Assembly: GCA_964354325.1 (NCBI GenBank)
Contig: CAYGZB010000006.1
Location: forward strand, 1 to 24,757
Length of the DNA: 24,757 nucleotides
Source: an uncultured Candidatus Bathyarchaeia archaeon
GTDB taxonomy: Archaea > Thermoproteota > Bathyarchaeia > 40CM-2-53-6 > CAVXDP01
Direction: 5' to 3'
Made by a program: the position numbers and the translations under genes
Notes under the pieces: generated by a model
What the model was told of the DNA's origin: nothing
The model's input: only the letters and a program-made list of their open reading frames with translations
Databases searched by the model: none
Shown here: piece by piece, positions 16,277 to 24,318 of the stretch
Numbering within the stretch: position 1 is the first letter of the stretch
Layout of the letters: every line of letters begins with the position of its first letter

Positions 16277-17611
16277 CTATTGCGCGGCAAACGGCATTCT
16301 CTTTCCGAGCGTCAGCTGACGTCTTTTCAGAGATTTGACCATCTTCTTCATCGTGAAGTATTGGTTCACAAGTTCCTTCACGTCTCGCTCACTCTTTCCC
16401 GAGCCTCTGGCAATTCTGTGAGCCCTTGATGAGTCGATCAGTTTAGGATCTTCAACTTCATCCTTTCTCATGGACTGTATAATTACTCTCCAGTCATCGA
16501 GTTTCTTCTCAGCGATCTCAATCTGATCGTCGGCAATGTTGATGCCACCGGGCATCATCTTCCAAATCTTCCTCAAAGGGCCCATTCGACGAAGTCCTTC
16601 CATTTGGTGATACAGATCACTTAGCGTGAACCGACCCTGCATGAAAGCCTTGACCTTGGTCTCGCTGACGTCTAACTCGGCATCTTTCACTCGGTCCAGA
16701 AGGGCCCGTAGATCTCCCATTCCCAGAAGTCGACCTACAAAGTTCGCCGGAACAAACTGTTCGATGTCTTCGATCTTCTCACCAGTTCCAATGAACTTTA
16801 TTCTCGCACCTGTGGCCGCTACGGCAGAAAGGGCTCCGCCCCCTTTCGCGGATCCGTCAAGTTTCGTAACATAGATGGACCCAATGGCAGTTGCGTCATT
16901 GAACGCCTTAGCATGAGCCATGGCTTGCTGTCCAATCGTTCCATCTATCGCCAGAAGAATCTCGTCAGGCTGAACAACTTCAGAAAGTCTTTTCATCTCC
17001 TCCATGAGCGCCTTCTCATCTTTGTGTCTGCCAGCCGTGTCAATCAGTATGATATCGTACTTTTCCTTCCCCAGTATGTCTAACCCATTCTTTGCTATCT
17101 TCTCGGCATTCTTTTCTCCCGGATCCCCATAGACACTCACTCCAACCCTGTCAGCCATCTGCTTCAATTGCTCATAAGCGCCTGGACGATAAACGTCCGC
17201 GCAGACAACTCCAGACCTCTGACCTCTTTTCTGATAAAACCTGGCAATCTTGATAGCCCCGGTTGTTTTTCCAGTCCCCTGGATTCCGACTAGCATTACA
17301 ATGTTTGTCTTTCCCTCTTGTAACGTGGTCTTGGCAGGCTCTTCACCAAGAAACCTAGTCAGTTCTTCGTAGAGGACTTTGATTACATGCTCTCTTCTGG
17401 AGATTCCTGGGGGAAGGTTTTCCTTTATCGACCTTTCCTCGACCCTCTTCGAAATGTCCAGAACAAGATTGACGTTTACGTCGGCTTGAAGAAGAGCTCT
17501 CTGAAGATCTTTGACCAGTTCCTTGATGGCCGCTTCGTCGACTACCGGTAGCCTGAGCATTTTCTTGATGGAGTCACTTAGCGATTTTGCTAGGCCTTCA
17601 AGTGCACTCAT
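16277..17611 (-). CDS. srp54: Signal recognition particle protein SRP54
   Basis: GIQGTGKTT, DTAGRH, TKLDGSAKGGGALS and M domain (RIARGSG) motifs. Confidence 0.97.
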   Translation of the reverse strand: MSALEGLAKSLSDSIKKMLRLPVVDEAAIKELVKDLQRALLQADVNVNLVLDISKRVEERSIKENLPPGISRREHVIKVLYEELTRFLGEEPAKTTLQEGKTNIVMLVGIQGTGKTTGAIKIARFYQKRGQRSGVVCADVYRPGAYEQLKQMADRVGVSVYGDPGEKNAEKIAKNGLDILGKEKYDIILIDTAGRHKDEKALMEEMKRLSEVVQPDEILLAIDGTIGQQAMAHAKAFNDATAIGSIYVTKLDGSAKGGGALSAVAATGARIKFIGTGEKIEDIEQFVPANFVGRLLGMGDLRALLDRVKDAELDVSETKVKAFMQGRFTLSDLYHQMEGLRRMGPLRKIWKMMPGGINIADDQIEIAEKKLDDWRVIIQSMRKDEVEDPKLIDSSRAHRIARGSGKSERDVKELVNQYFTMKKMVKSLKRRQLTLGKRMPFAAQ

Positions 17612-17836
17612 TAACCTTTCCCAACGATTTCGTTCTCACCAGAAACGACGCGAGAAGCTAGTGCTTGTGGAGCTCTTAAATGTTGGTTGCGGGTTGCGCC
17701 TGTTCCATGATGAAAGCTACTCGCCATTCTCAGAATCAGTTACCGTGAGTTGGAGCCTTATCTCATTTCAGAATAACACCAACCTTATCAACCATGAATC
17801 AACTTTAGACGATGCAGGAGAGTTCTTGACGAAATA

Positions 17837-18613
17837 ATGATTAGCAAACAAAGGAAGAATCAGAGCCAGACTTCAGATCTTGTTAGAGTGGTCCAAAGAG
17901 AACGCTTGCCACGAAAGTTCACATTGATGAACGGGTTGCCTGATGTAGGACTTGTTGGAGTCGTTGCAGGTTCACAGATTGTGTCCTCTATTGGAATGAA
18001 GGAAATAGGTTCGATAGAATCGGAACTTTTTCCGCCCCTTGTAGTCCTTCATGGCGGAGTTCCAAAGTCACCGATTAGAATTTATGGAAAGGGATCATTG
18101 GTCGTGATTATTGGTGAAACGGCTATACCAGCAGGGGCCGTCTATCCTATTGCAGAAGCTATAGTGGACTGGGCTTCGTCCGCAGGTGCGGGTCTAATAT
18201 TGTCAATAGGCGGGATGGCGGTTCAGAATCGTCAGGACATTGAATCTCCAAAGGTTTTTGCGGCTCTTTCGGACAAGAAACTCTCAAAACTTCTTAATGG
18301 GTCGGCAGAGGTTTTGGGCGAAGGATACATTGTCGGCACATATGCACTCATGCTAAAAAGATGCGCGGAGATCGGACTTCCAGCAATTGCCCTTCTAACT
18401 CAGTCTTACTACAACTACCCAGATCCCGAAGCCGCAGCTGCCGCAGTCGAGTCCGTGAACAAGATCCTTGGATTGAAAGTAAACACTTCGGAACTTCTCC
18501 GAAAGGGAGAGGAGATTCGCCTTCGAAGCAAAGACGTGATGAAACGAACCCAGGCGGAGATGGTGAGGATCAACAAAGGGCAGGAGTATGATGTCCCACC
18601 GCTCTACGGATAG
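17837..18613 (+). CDS. PAC2-family proteasome assembly chaperone with C-terminal HbYX motif
   Basis: GLPDVGLVG and PDPEAAAA motifs; the protein ends in LYG. Confidence 0.88.
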   Translation: MISKQRKNQSQTSDLVRVVQRERLPRKFTLMNGLPDVGLVGVVAGSQIVSSIGMKEIGSIESELFPPLVVLHGGVPKSPIRIYGKGSLVVIIGETAIPAGAVYPIAEAIVDWASSAGAGLILSIGGMAVQNRQDIESPKVFAALSDKKLSKLLNGSAEVLGEGYIVGTYALMLKRCAEIGLPAIALLTQSYYNYPDPEAAAAAVESVNKILGLKVNTSELLRKGEEIRLRSKDVMKRTQAEMVRINKGQEYDVPPLYG

Positions 18614-18622
18614 TGATTGTAA

Positions 18623-19021
18623 ATGAGCAAAGAAAGAAGAAAGTCCAATTTTTCAGATTACCTGAGAAGAACCGAGCAGATAGCTGAGAAGACGCTCGCA
18701 AGCGGATGGAACGAAACCGCCTCAACCATCGAGCCGCTTTCAGATATCATACTCGGAGCCTCCGAAGTGGTTGTGACGATGGACCTTCCCTACGTTGACC
18801 CAAACGCTGTTCAGGTCAAAGTCATAGCAGATGATACGATCGAGGTTCAGGCGAAGACGAAACACAAGATATCCCTTAACGACTTGGGAGTTAAGCACAG
18901 AAAAGGCGAGTTTAATCTGTATCATGCTGTGCTTCACATGCCAGTCCCAGTCAACGAGGAAGGGATGATGCACAAACTGAAACGTGGCGTGCTGGAGATT
19001 CATCTCCCCAGACAAACATGA
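18623..19021 (+). CDS. Small heat-shock protein (Hsp20/alpha-crystallin)
   Basis: EPLSD...EVVVTMDLP.V and K..GVLEIHLPR pattern. Confidence 0.8.
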   Translation: MSKERRKSNFSDYLRRTEQIAEKTLASGWNETASTIEPLSDIILGASEVVVTMDLPYVDPNAVQVKVIADDTIEVQAKTKHKISLNDLGVKHRKGEFNLYHAVLHMPVPVNEEGMMHKLKRGVLEIHLPRQT

Positions 19022-19062
19022 AATTCAGAGAACTGAAGTGACAATAGAAAACCCCTCTTGTT

Positions 19063-19070
19063 CTTATATA
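19063..19070 (+). promoter_or_regulatory. TATA box for aIF5A-DHS
   Basis: CTTATATA about 52 nt upstream of the aIF5A GTG. Confidence 0.6.
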
Positions 19071-19121
19071 GATCTAGAATGACAATACAGAGAACTCATC
19101 TGCGACAAGCGTGGGATACAC

Positions 19122-19517
19122 GTGAGCAAACCAGTTGATGTGGGAAGCCTCAAGATCGGTCACTACGTTGTAGTAGATGGAGAGCCCTGCAAGATAGTCG
19201 AGTACGAGAAATCAAAACCTGGAAAACATGGTGCAGCCAAGGCTAGGATAGTGGCTATTTCAGTTTTGACTGGCCAAAAAAAGAACATCATAAGCCCGGT
19301 AGATGGAAAGGTTGAGGTTCCAATGATTGACAAGAAGACCGCTCAAGTCATTTCTATATCGGGAAATGTGCTGCAATTGATGGATATGGAAAGCTATCAG
19401 ACGTTCGAAACGGATATGCCTGAAGACGAAGAACTGAGAGGAAAACTAGCATCGGGGCTCGAAGTCGAGTACTGGAACATGCTTGGAAAGAACAAAATAG
19501 TCAGAGTTAAAGGTTAG
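19122..19517 (+). CDS. eif5a: Translation factor aIF5A
   Basis: SKPGKHGAAK hypusine loop; GTG start. Confidence 0.97.
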   Translation: MSKPVDVGSLKIGHYVVVDGEPCKIVEYEKSKPGKHGAAKARIVAISVLTGQKKNIISPVDGKVEVPMIDKKTAQVISISGNVLQLMDMESYQTFETDMPEDEELRGKLASGLEVEYWNMLGKNKIVRVKG

Positions 19518-19559
19518 AGTCCCCGCGACTTCTTAAGCACATTCTGAAAGGTTGCACTA

Positions 19560-20498
19560 ATGCGTCGAATCCAGCCGATCAGGCTTCGGCGAAGCATGAG
19601 CACAGACGATCTTGCTCAAGAGATGGGCAGAGCAGGCGTTCTGGGAGCCGGAAGATTCTCCACGGCGGTGGACATATGCTCAAGAATGTTTTCCGACAAA
19701 CGGTACACAAATATTCTGTCTATTGCAGGACCCCTTGTTCCAGCAGGGCTCAGACAGATAATTCGAGACCTGATTAATGACCGCCTCTTGCATGCGATAG
19801 TGACCACTGGAGCGAATATGACACATGACCTGATAGAATCAATGGGCTACAGACATGTAATTGGAAAAGCATCAGCGAACGATTCGACACTCCAGAAGAA
19901 GAAGATTGGCAGAATATACGACATCTACATCAGTCAAAAAGCCTACCAGAAACTCGAAAAAGAGACTTACAAGATTCTTGCAGACATAGATGATCGCAAA
20001 CGAAAGAATATTTCGACATATGAATTATTTTGGGAATTCGGAAAACGCATCCGAGATGAGAATTCAATAATCAAGACTGCGGAAAAAAGAAAAGCCCCGA
20101 TATTTTGTCCAGGAATCTATGATTCAATGTTTGGAATGGATCTATGGACGTTCAGTCAACTAAACACATTGATGATTAATCCATTCTTGGATTTTAGCAA
20201 GCTCGTTGACATGTCATACGACGCGGACAGGGTCGGGGTAATAATCTTGGGTGGAGGAGTTCCGAAACACTATGTTCTTGCCGGAAATATCCTTCGCGGA
20301 GGCGTTGACGCCGCCATTCAAATCACACTCGACAGACCTGAAGCTGGTGGCATCAGTGGCGCTCCGCTTGAGGAAGCCATCAGCTGGGGAAAGATAGGTA
20401 ACAAGAAAGATCTTGCCACCGTAATCGGCGATGCAACCATGGTATTTCCAATGTTGGTTCTGGCAGCTTTACAGAGAAAACCAATAAACATGATCTAG
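19560..20498 (+). CDS. dys: Deoxyhypusine synthase
   Basis: TTGAN.THD, GGGVPKH and SGAP.EEAISWGK (catalytic Lys) motifs; adjacent to aIF5A. Confidence 0.94.
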   Translation: MRRIQPIRLRRSMSTDDLAQEMGRAGVLGAGRFSTAVDICSRMFSDKRYTNILSIAGPLVPAGLRQIIRDLINDRLLHAIVTTGANMTHDLIESMGYRHVIGKASANDSTLQKKKIGRIYDIYISQKAYQKLEKETYKILADIDDRKRKNISTYELFWEFGKRIRDENSIIKTAEKRKAPIFCPGIYDSMFGMDLWTFSQLNTLMINPFLDFSKLVDMSYDADRVGVIILGGGVPKHYVLAGNILRGGVDAAIQITLDRPEAGGISGAPLEEAISWGKIGNKKDLATVIGDATMVFPMLVLAALQRKPINMI

Positions 20499-20582
20499 GT
20501 AATTGTTCCAGCCAATCGTCTGTAGTTATTCTGACAAAACTGCAAGTGATGCAATATCCTAGACGACTATTCGTCTCATAAT

Positions 20583-21671
20583 ATACGGATTTCAATTGGG
20601 GCTGGAAGAACCCTACTGCTTTCTGGGCCAGCTTCGATCAAGCTAATTGATGGAGAGGCAAGCATCTTCGCTTCTCCGCTAGAAAGGGGATACAAGATTG
20701 TTGTCGGCAAAGGAAAACAACTTCCGATAGAAACATCGAAAAACTCCACCATCCACTGTTCCCTTTCCAGTTCTGCTGAATCTCTGGAGATCGCTGGAAG
20801 CACGATCCCTGAGTCTTGGATGGAAACAGCGCAGACTATCGTCGAATGTGGACAAGGAAGGACCGTCGTCATTGGCAACGTGGACACTGGCAAAACCGGT
20901 TTCTGCACCGTGCTAGCTAACATCGCCTTGAATTCGGGAGTCAAGGTTGGAATTCTTGATGCTGACCTTGGTCAGTCTGACATTGGACCACCTGGCAGCA
21001 TTGGATTCGGGCGAGCAGGCAACCACATCTTTGGCCTATCAGATGTCACTCAGGATCGTCTGTATTTTGTAGGATACATTAGTCCAGCGCTAGTAGTCAA
21101 CAAAGCACTGTCTGGAATGAGGAAACTGCTGGAACGGACAAAGAGTGTTGATATTCTCATAATCAACACAGATGGGTGGGTTCTGGGTGACCAGGCAATT
21201 GTCTACAAGAAGAGCCTGATCGACCTAATCGAACCGAATTTTGTTGTGGGAATAGGGGAAAAAAGCGAAACAAACTCTATCCTTGAACTTGTCGAGCAAA
21301 CATCATTTCAAATACAGTCCCCGAAGATGGTTCTCAGACGCACAAGAGAGCAGAGGAAAGAACTGAGGGAATTGAGGTACAGGAAATACCTGAACAGATC
21401 GGTCGTGGTGAAGGTTGATACTCTCAGATCTAAGGTTTCATTTAGCAATGGTCAGGTGTTGAGACCTGAGCATCTTGATTTATCGTTGACAAGGTCTCTT
21501 CTGGGCATGCTTGATGATGATGGATGGCTGTTGGGAATAGGGGTTCTTTCAGGCATGAACCGGAAAGACGAGAGCCTTAGGATTACAACACCTGTAACAT
21601 CCTTTTCTGAAATCGAAATTGGAGCCGTAAAACTGGATGAAAATGGGACCGAGTTATCATATTTGGAATAG
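20583..21671 (+). CDS. Clp1/Nol9-family polynucleotide 5'-hydroxyl kinase, probable ATA start
   Basis: P-loop GNVDTGKT, DADLGQSDIGPPG and INTDGW motifs. The frame is open from 20550 and encodes GRTLLLSGPAS...GSTIPESW before ATG 20820. Confidence 0.9.
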   Translation: MRISIGAGRTLLLSGPASIKLIDGEASIFASPLERGYKIVVGKGKQLPIETSKNSTIHCSLSSSAESLEIAGSTIPESWMETAQTIVECGQGRTVVIGNVDTGKTGFCTVLANIALNSGVKVGILDADLGQSDIGPPGSIGFGRAGNHIFGLSDVTQDRLYFVGYISPALVVNKALSGMRKLLERTKSVDILIINTDGWVLGDQAIVYKKSLIDLIEPNFVVGIGEKSETNSILELVEQTSFQIQSPKMVLRRTREQRKELRELRYRKYLNRSVVVKVDTLRSKVSFSNGQVLRPEHLDLSLTRSLLGMLDDDGWLLGIGVLSGMNRKDESLRITTPVTSFSEIEIGAVKLDENGTELSYLE

Positions 21672-21685
21672 ATGTAATTCTATCA

Positions 21686-22393
21686 CTATACACCCATGAA
21701 CAATCGGTCAGCCAGGAAAGTTGGAAGCTCTTCCTGCACTATCTTTTTGGAAGTCGACTTTATGTCGTATCTAACTCTTCTTATTGAGCAGCTGGCTTTG
21801 CCATTTGTAATCTCTAGAATTGCATAACTTGCCCGCGGATCTCCGTCTCGGGGCTGACCAATACTTCCCGGGTTGATCAGTGTTCCAGAAGCTGTGGAGA
21901 CGTAGAGTGGCATGTGCGTGTGTCCTAGAATCAGTATGTTTGCGGAGGCTTCTTCGATCAGTGCCTGATAAACGGAATCTGGGACTCCTGGGTAGACGTA
22001 TTCGTTCAAAGGATCTCTTGGGCTGCCGTGAAAACAGGCGATTGTAAAATCATCTACACTCCACGTTGAATGGTGGGGAAGTCTGGATAGGTACGAACAA
22101 TTTTGTGGCGTCAACCTGCGGCGTGTCCATTCAATAGCCCTCGAGGCATGGGCTACGAAATTCGATGTGTCTCCAGTGACTGTTGCGTAGTCATGATTTC
22201 CGGCGATGATGATCTGTGGGTTCATTTGACGTATTTCCTGAACTACCTCGTTTGGCTGGGGGCCGTATCCGACCAGATCACCCAGACAAACTAGAAAATC
22301 GTAATCGTGCATGTCTTTGGATGCTGCGCTGAGGGCATCGTAGTTGGAGTGTATGTCTGAGATCAATACCAGCTTCATGATCCTAGCTTCCAT
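21686..22393 (-). CDS. Calcineurin-like metallophosphoesterase (YfcE/MJ0936-like)
   Basis: SDIHSN, GDLVGYG, GNHD, HGSP, GHTH and NPGSIGQPRD motifs. Start 22393 or 22378. Confidence 0.92.
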   Translation of the reverse strand: MEARIMKLVLISDIHSNYDALSAASKDMHDYDFLVCLGDLVGYGPQPNEVVQEIRQMNPQIIIAGNHDYATVTGDTSNFVAHASRAIEWTRRRLTPQNCSYLSRLPHHSTWSVDDFTIACFHGSPRDPLNEYVYPGVPDSVYQALIEEASANILILGHTHMPLYVSTASGTLINPGSIGQPRDGDPRASYAILEITNGKASCSIRRVRYDIKSTSKKIVQEELPTFLADRLFMGV

Positions 22394-22448
22394 CGTGACT
22401 GAGGTTGTCTTAATAGGCTGCTTTCGGATTTGAACTTGGTACCTAAAG

Positions 22449-22799
22449 TTGAGTTTTGAAGTAGTGGAGTTGAAGCGTGATGATGCTTTGCTTAGGATCA
22501 GCCTACTCGAAATGGATAACGCGGTGGTTGCCTTTTTCTATGAAGGTAAGATTGATCTCGGCACGTTGGCTGTCGCACTGCCAGGATTGGGGGAGCTTAG
22601 AGCTCAAACCTCATCTGTTCTCCTGGGAGGTCGTTTCTTACTCGTCAGTAGATCATTGGCAGAAAGAGTCTCGGCAGCCTTTGGCAAAATGAGTATAGTC
22701 TCAGTGCGCACTAGTCTTCCAGAAGGAGAAGCTTTGCGGTCATTCTCTAAGCTGTTTGAAGATCTACTTCTGAAGAGGTCGAAAACCCAACAACACTAG
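22449..22799 (+). CDS. Small conserved protein, PAC4/PSMG4-like
   Basis: LGTLAVALP...SSVLLG...SRSLAERVS...K.SIVSV pattern resembles the PAC4 family as recalled; TTG start. Confidence 0.6.
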   Translation: MSFEVVELKRDDALLRISLLEMDNAVVAFFYEGKIDLGTLAVALPGLGELRAQTSSVLLGGRFLLVSRSLAERVSAAFGKMSIVSVRTSLPEGEALRSFSKLFEDLLLKRSKTQQH

Positions 22800-22826
22800 A
22801 TAACCTCGTGTTGACAGGCTCGTGCA

Positions 22827-24116
22827 TTAGTATGACATCTTTGTTTCTGCTGGGAGATTTTCCAAGACTTCCCTTGAGGATTTCTCTACTCTGTCTCTGT
22901 TTGCCTCATCTGTGTATACTCGGATTATGTTCATGAAAACACGAAGAACGTCAATTACCCTTGAGACTTCAGTAAGTTTCTTAGGTATTTTTTCTCCTGT
23001 TCTTGATTCGTCGAAAATGGGCACGTCCATCGGTTCAGTTCCTATAGAGTGAGAGTAGGGCACCGAGGGAAGCGACGGAACATCTATTACGACTTTGTTA
23101 GGATCTAGATTGGCGCGTTGGGCTATCTCCGTCTCTATCTGGTGGCGGACCGCTTCATTGGTGAACAGGCTGGTAACCGTCTCGTCTCTTGTGTAGAATG
23201 TCTTTTCGAACGCGCATTTCAGAAGATGACGAGTCTCAATGTCTCGAACGATTCCCAGGTTATCATGTTTCTTCAGTATCGACCACGCAGAGTAGTCGTC
23301 TAGTCTGATGTAGTCTTCAGAAGACTTGAATTCAGTGACCCCAATTTCGTCTTTGGCTTCCTCCAAAGCCTTAACCAGCATTATCTGGACTGCACGGGAG
23401 GCACGGTGGAAATATATCGTCTTGAAAGACTCTAGTCTTGCCAGAAGAAACGTCTCGAGTGTGGGAAGAGCTGTCAGATCTACAGCTAGGTTTCCATCAT
23501 ACACGCCCATCGTGTATATGAGCCTAAAAACGTCCGCCTGGCCATAGCCTGCTCCTGTATGATATGAATCCCGGGGAAGGAAATCCATCTTGTCGACATC
23601 GACCGTGCTTGAGATTACTTGGTCGAAGTAGGGCCTCTGATTGTCACGCAGTTTTGCCACAGATAATTTGGCCACATCAGCCGGATTGAAACCATCATCT
23701 TGAAGGATTTCTTTGATTCTAGAATTGCCTATTATCCATGGCGTCATATCCTCATGCGTTTTCTTGTGGTATCTGATCAGGAACTGATCGAAGACATGTG
23801 AGAATGGTCCATGTCCAACATCGTGAAGCAACGCGGCTATCTTCAGCTGTTCCACATCGTCTTTGGATAGACTGACTGGTAGATTCTCGGCCAATATGCC
23901 AGCGAGGTACATGGTTCCCAGAGAGTGTTCGAACCTAGTGTGATTTGCAGCTGGGTAAACGTATTCTGCACCTGTGAGCTGTCTTATTCTCCTCAGTCTT
24001 TGGACTGGTTCCGTGTCGATCAAGCGTCTCTCTGTGTCCGTTAAGCGAATGTAACCATACAAGGGATCTTTTATGAAACCCCAATAGGCATTGGCGCGTG
24101 GAGCTTTTCCTTTCAT
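22827..24116 (-). CDS. HD-domain dNTP triphosphohydrolase (SAMHD1/dGTPase-like)
   Basis: IKDPLYG, QRLRRIRQL, HTRFEHSLG, LLHDVGHGPFSH, DVDKMD and YFHR motifs. Confidence 0.92.
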   Translation of the reverse strand: MKGKAPRANAYWGFIKDPLYGYIRLTDTERRLIDTEPVQRLRRIRQLTGAEYVYPAANHTRFEHSLGTMYLAGILAENLPVSLSKDDVEQLKIAALLHDVGHGPFSHVFDQFLIRYHKKTHEDMTPWIIGNSRIKEILQDDGFNPADVAKLSVAKLRDNQRPYFDQVISSTVDVDKMDFLPRDSYHTGAGYGQADVFRLIYTMGVYDGNLAVDLTALPTLETFLLARLESFKTIYFHRASRAVQIMLVKALEEAKDEIGVTEFKSSEDYIRLDDYSAWSILKKHDNLGIVRDIETRHLLKCAFEKTFYTRDETVTSLFTNEAVRHQIETEIAQRANLDPNKVVIDVPSLPSVPYSHSIGTEPMDVPIFDESRTGEKIPKKLTEVSRVIDVLRVFMNIIRVYTDEANRDRVEKSSREVLENLPAETKMSY

Positions 24117-24318
24117 ACATCCATTACATCCGAGAATCTGCAGGAGATGTTTGGAATATCTCGAGGCTATGCTAGACTATCTGGTGCCTGTTTAGTATAA
24201 CACTTCTGCTGAGATGAGTTGATTGGCACCGCGGTTCGTGCATGAACCTGTTTTGAACTATGAACGAGTATAATTATTGGATCATGGTATTAGTGATTGA
24301 TACGCTGGATTGAGACTG

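Noticed and set aside
17701-17775. Possible box C/D sRNA (perfect ATGATGA at 17707-17713)
   Set aside because: No CTGA box D downstream (only CAGA/CTCA), no convincing C' box and no identifiable guide target.
17511-17837. 108-aa plus-strand ORF ending at the PAC2 start
   Set aside because: Antisense overlap with srp54 and no family signature.
1718-20585. C-to-U RNA editing as a single explanation for all odd starts
   Set aside because: It would repair ACG only; ATA and TTC cannot become canonical starts by C-to-U editing.
20576-20944. 122-aa minus-strand ORF
   Set aside because: Antisense shadow of the extended Clp1 N-terminal domain, which explains the region.
24117-24318. Possible ncRNA or small gene in the divergent HD-tmk gap (GGTTC-N6-GAACC hairpin)
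   Set aside because: Only a 5-bp stem and very short ORFs; consistent with a divergent promoter region.
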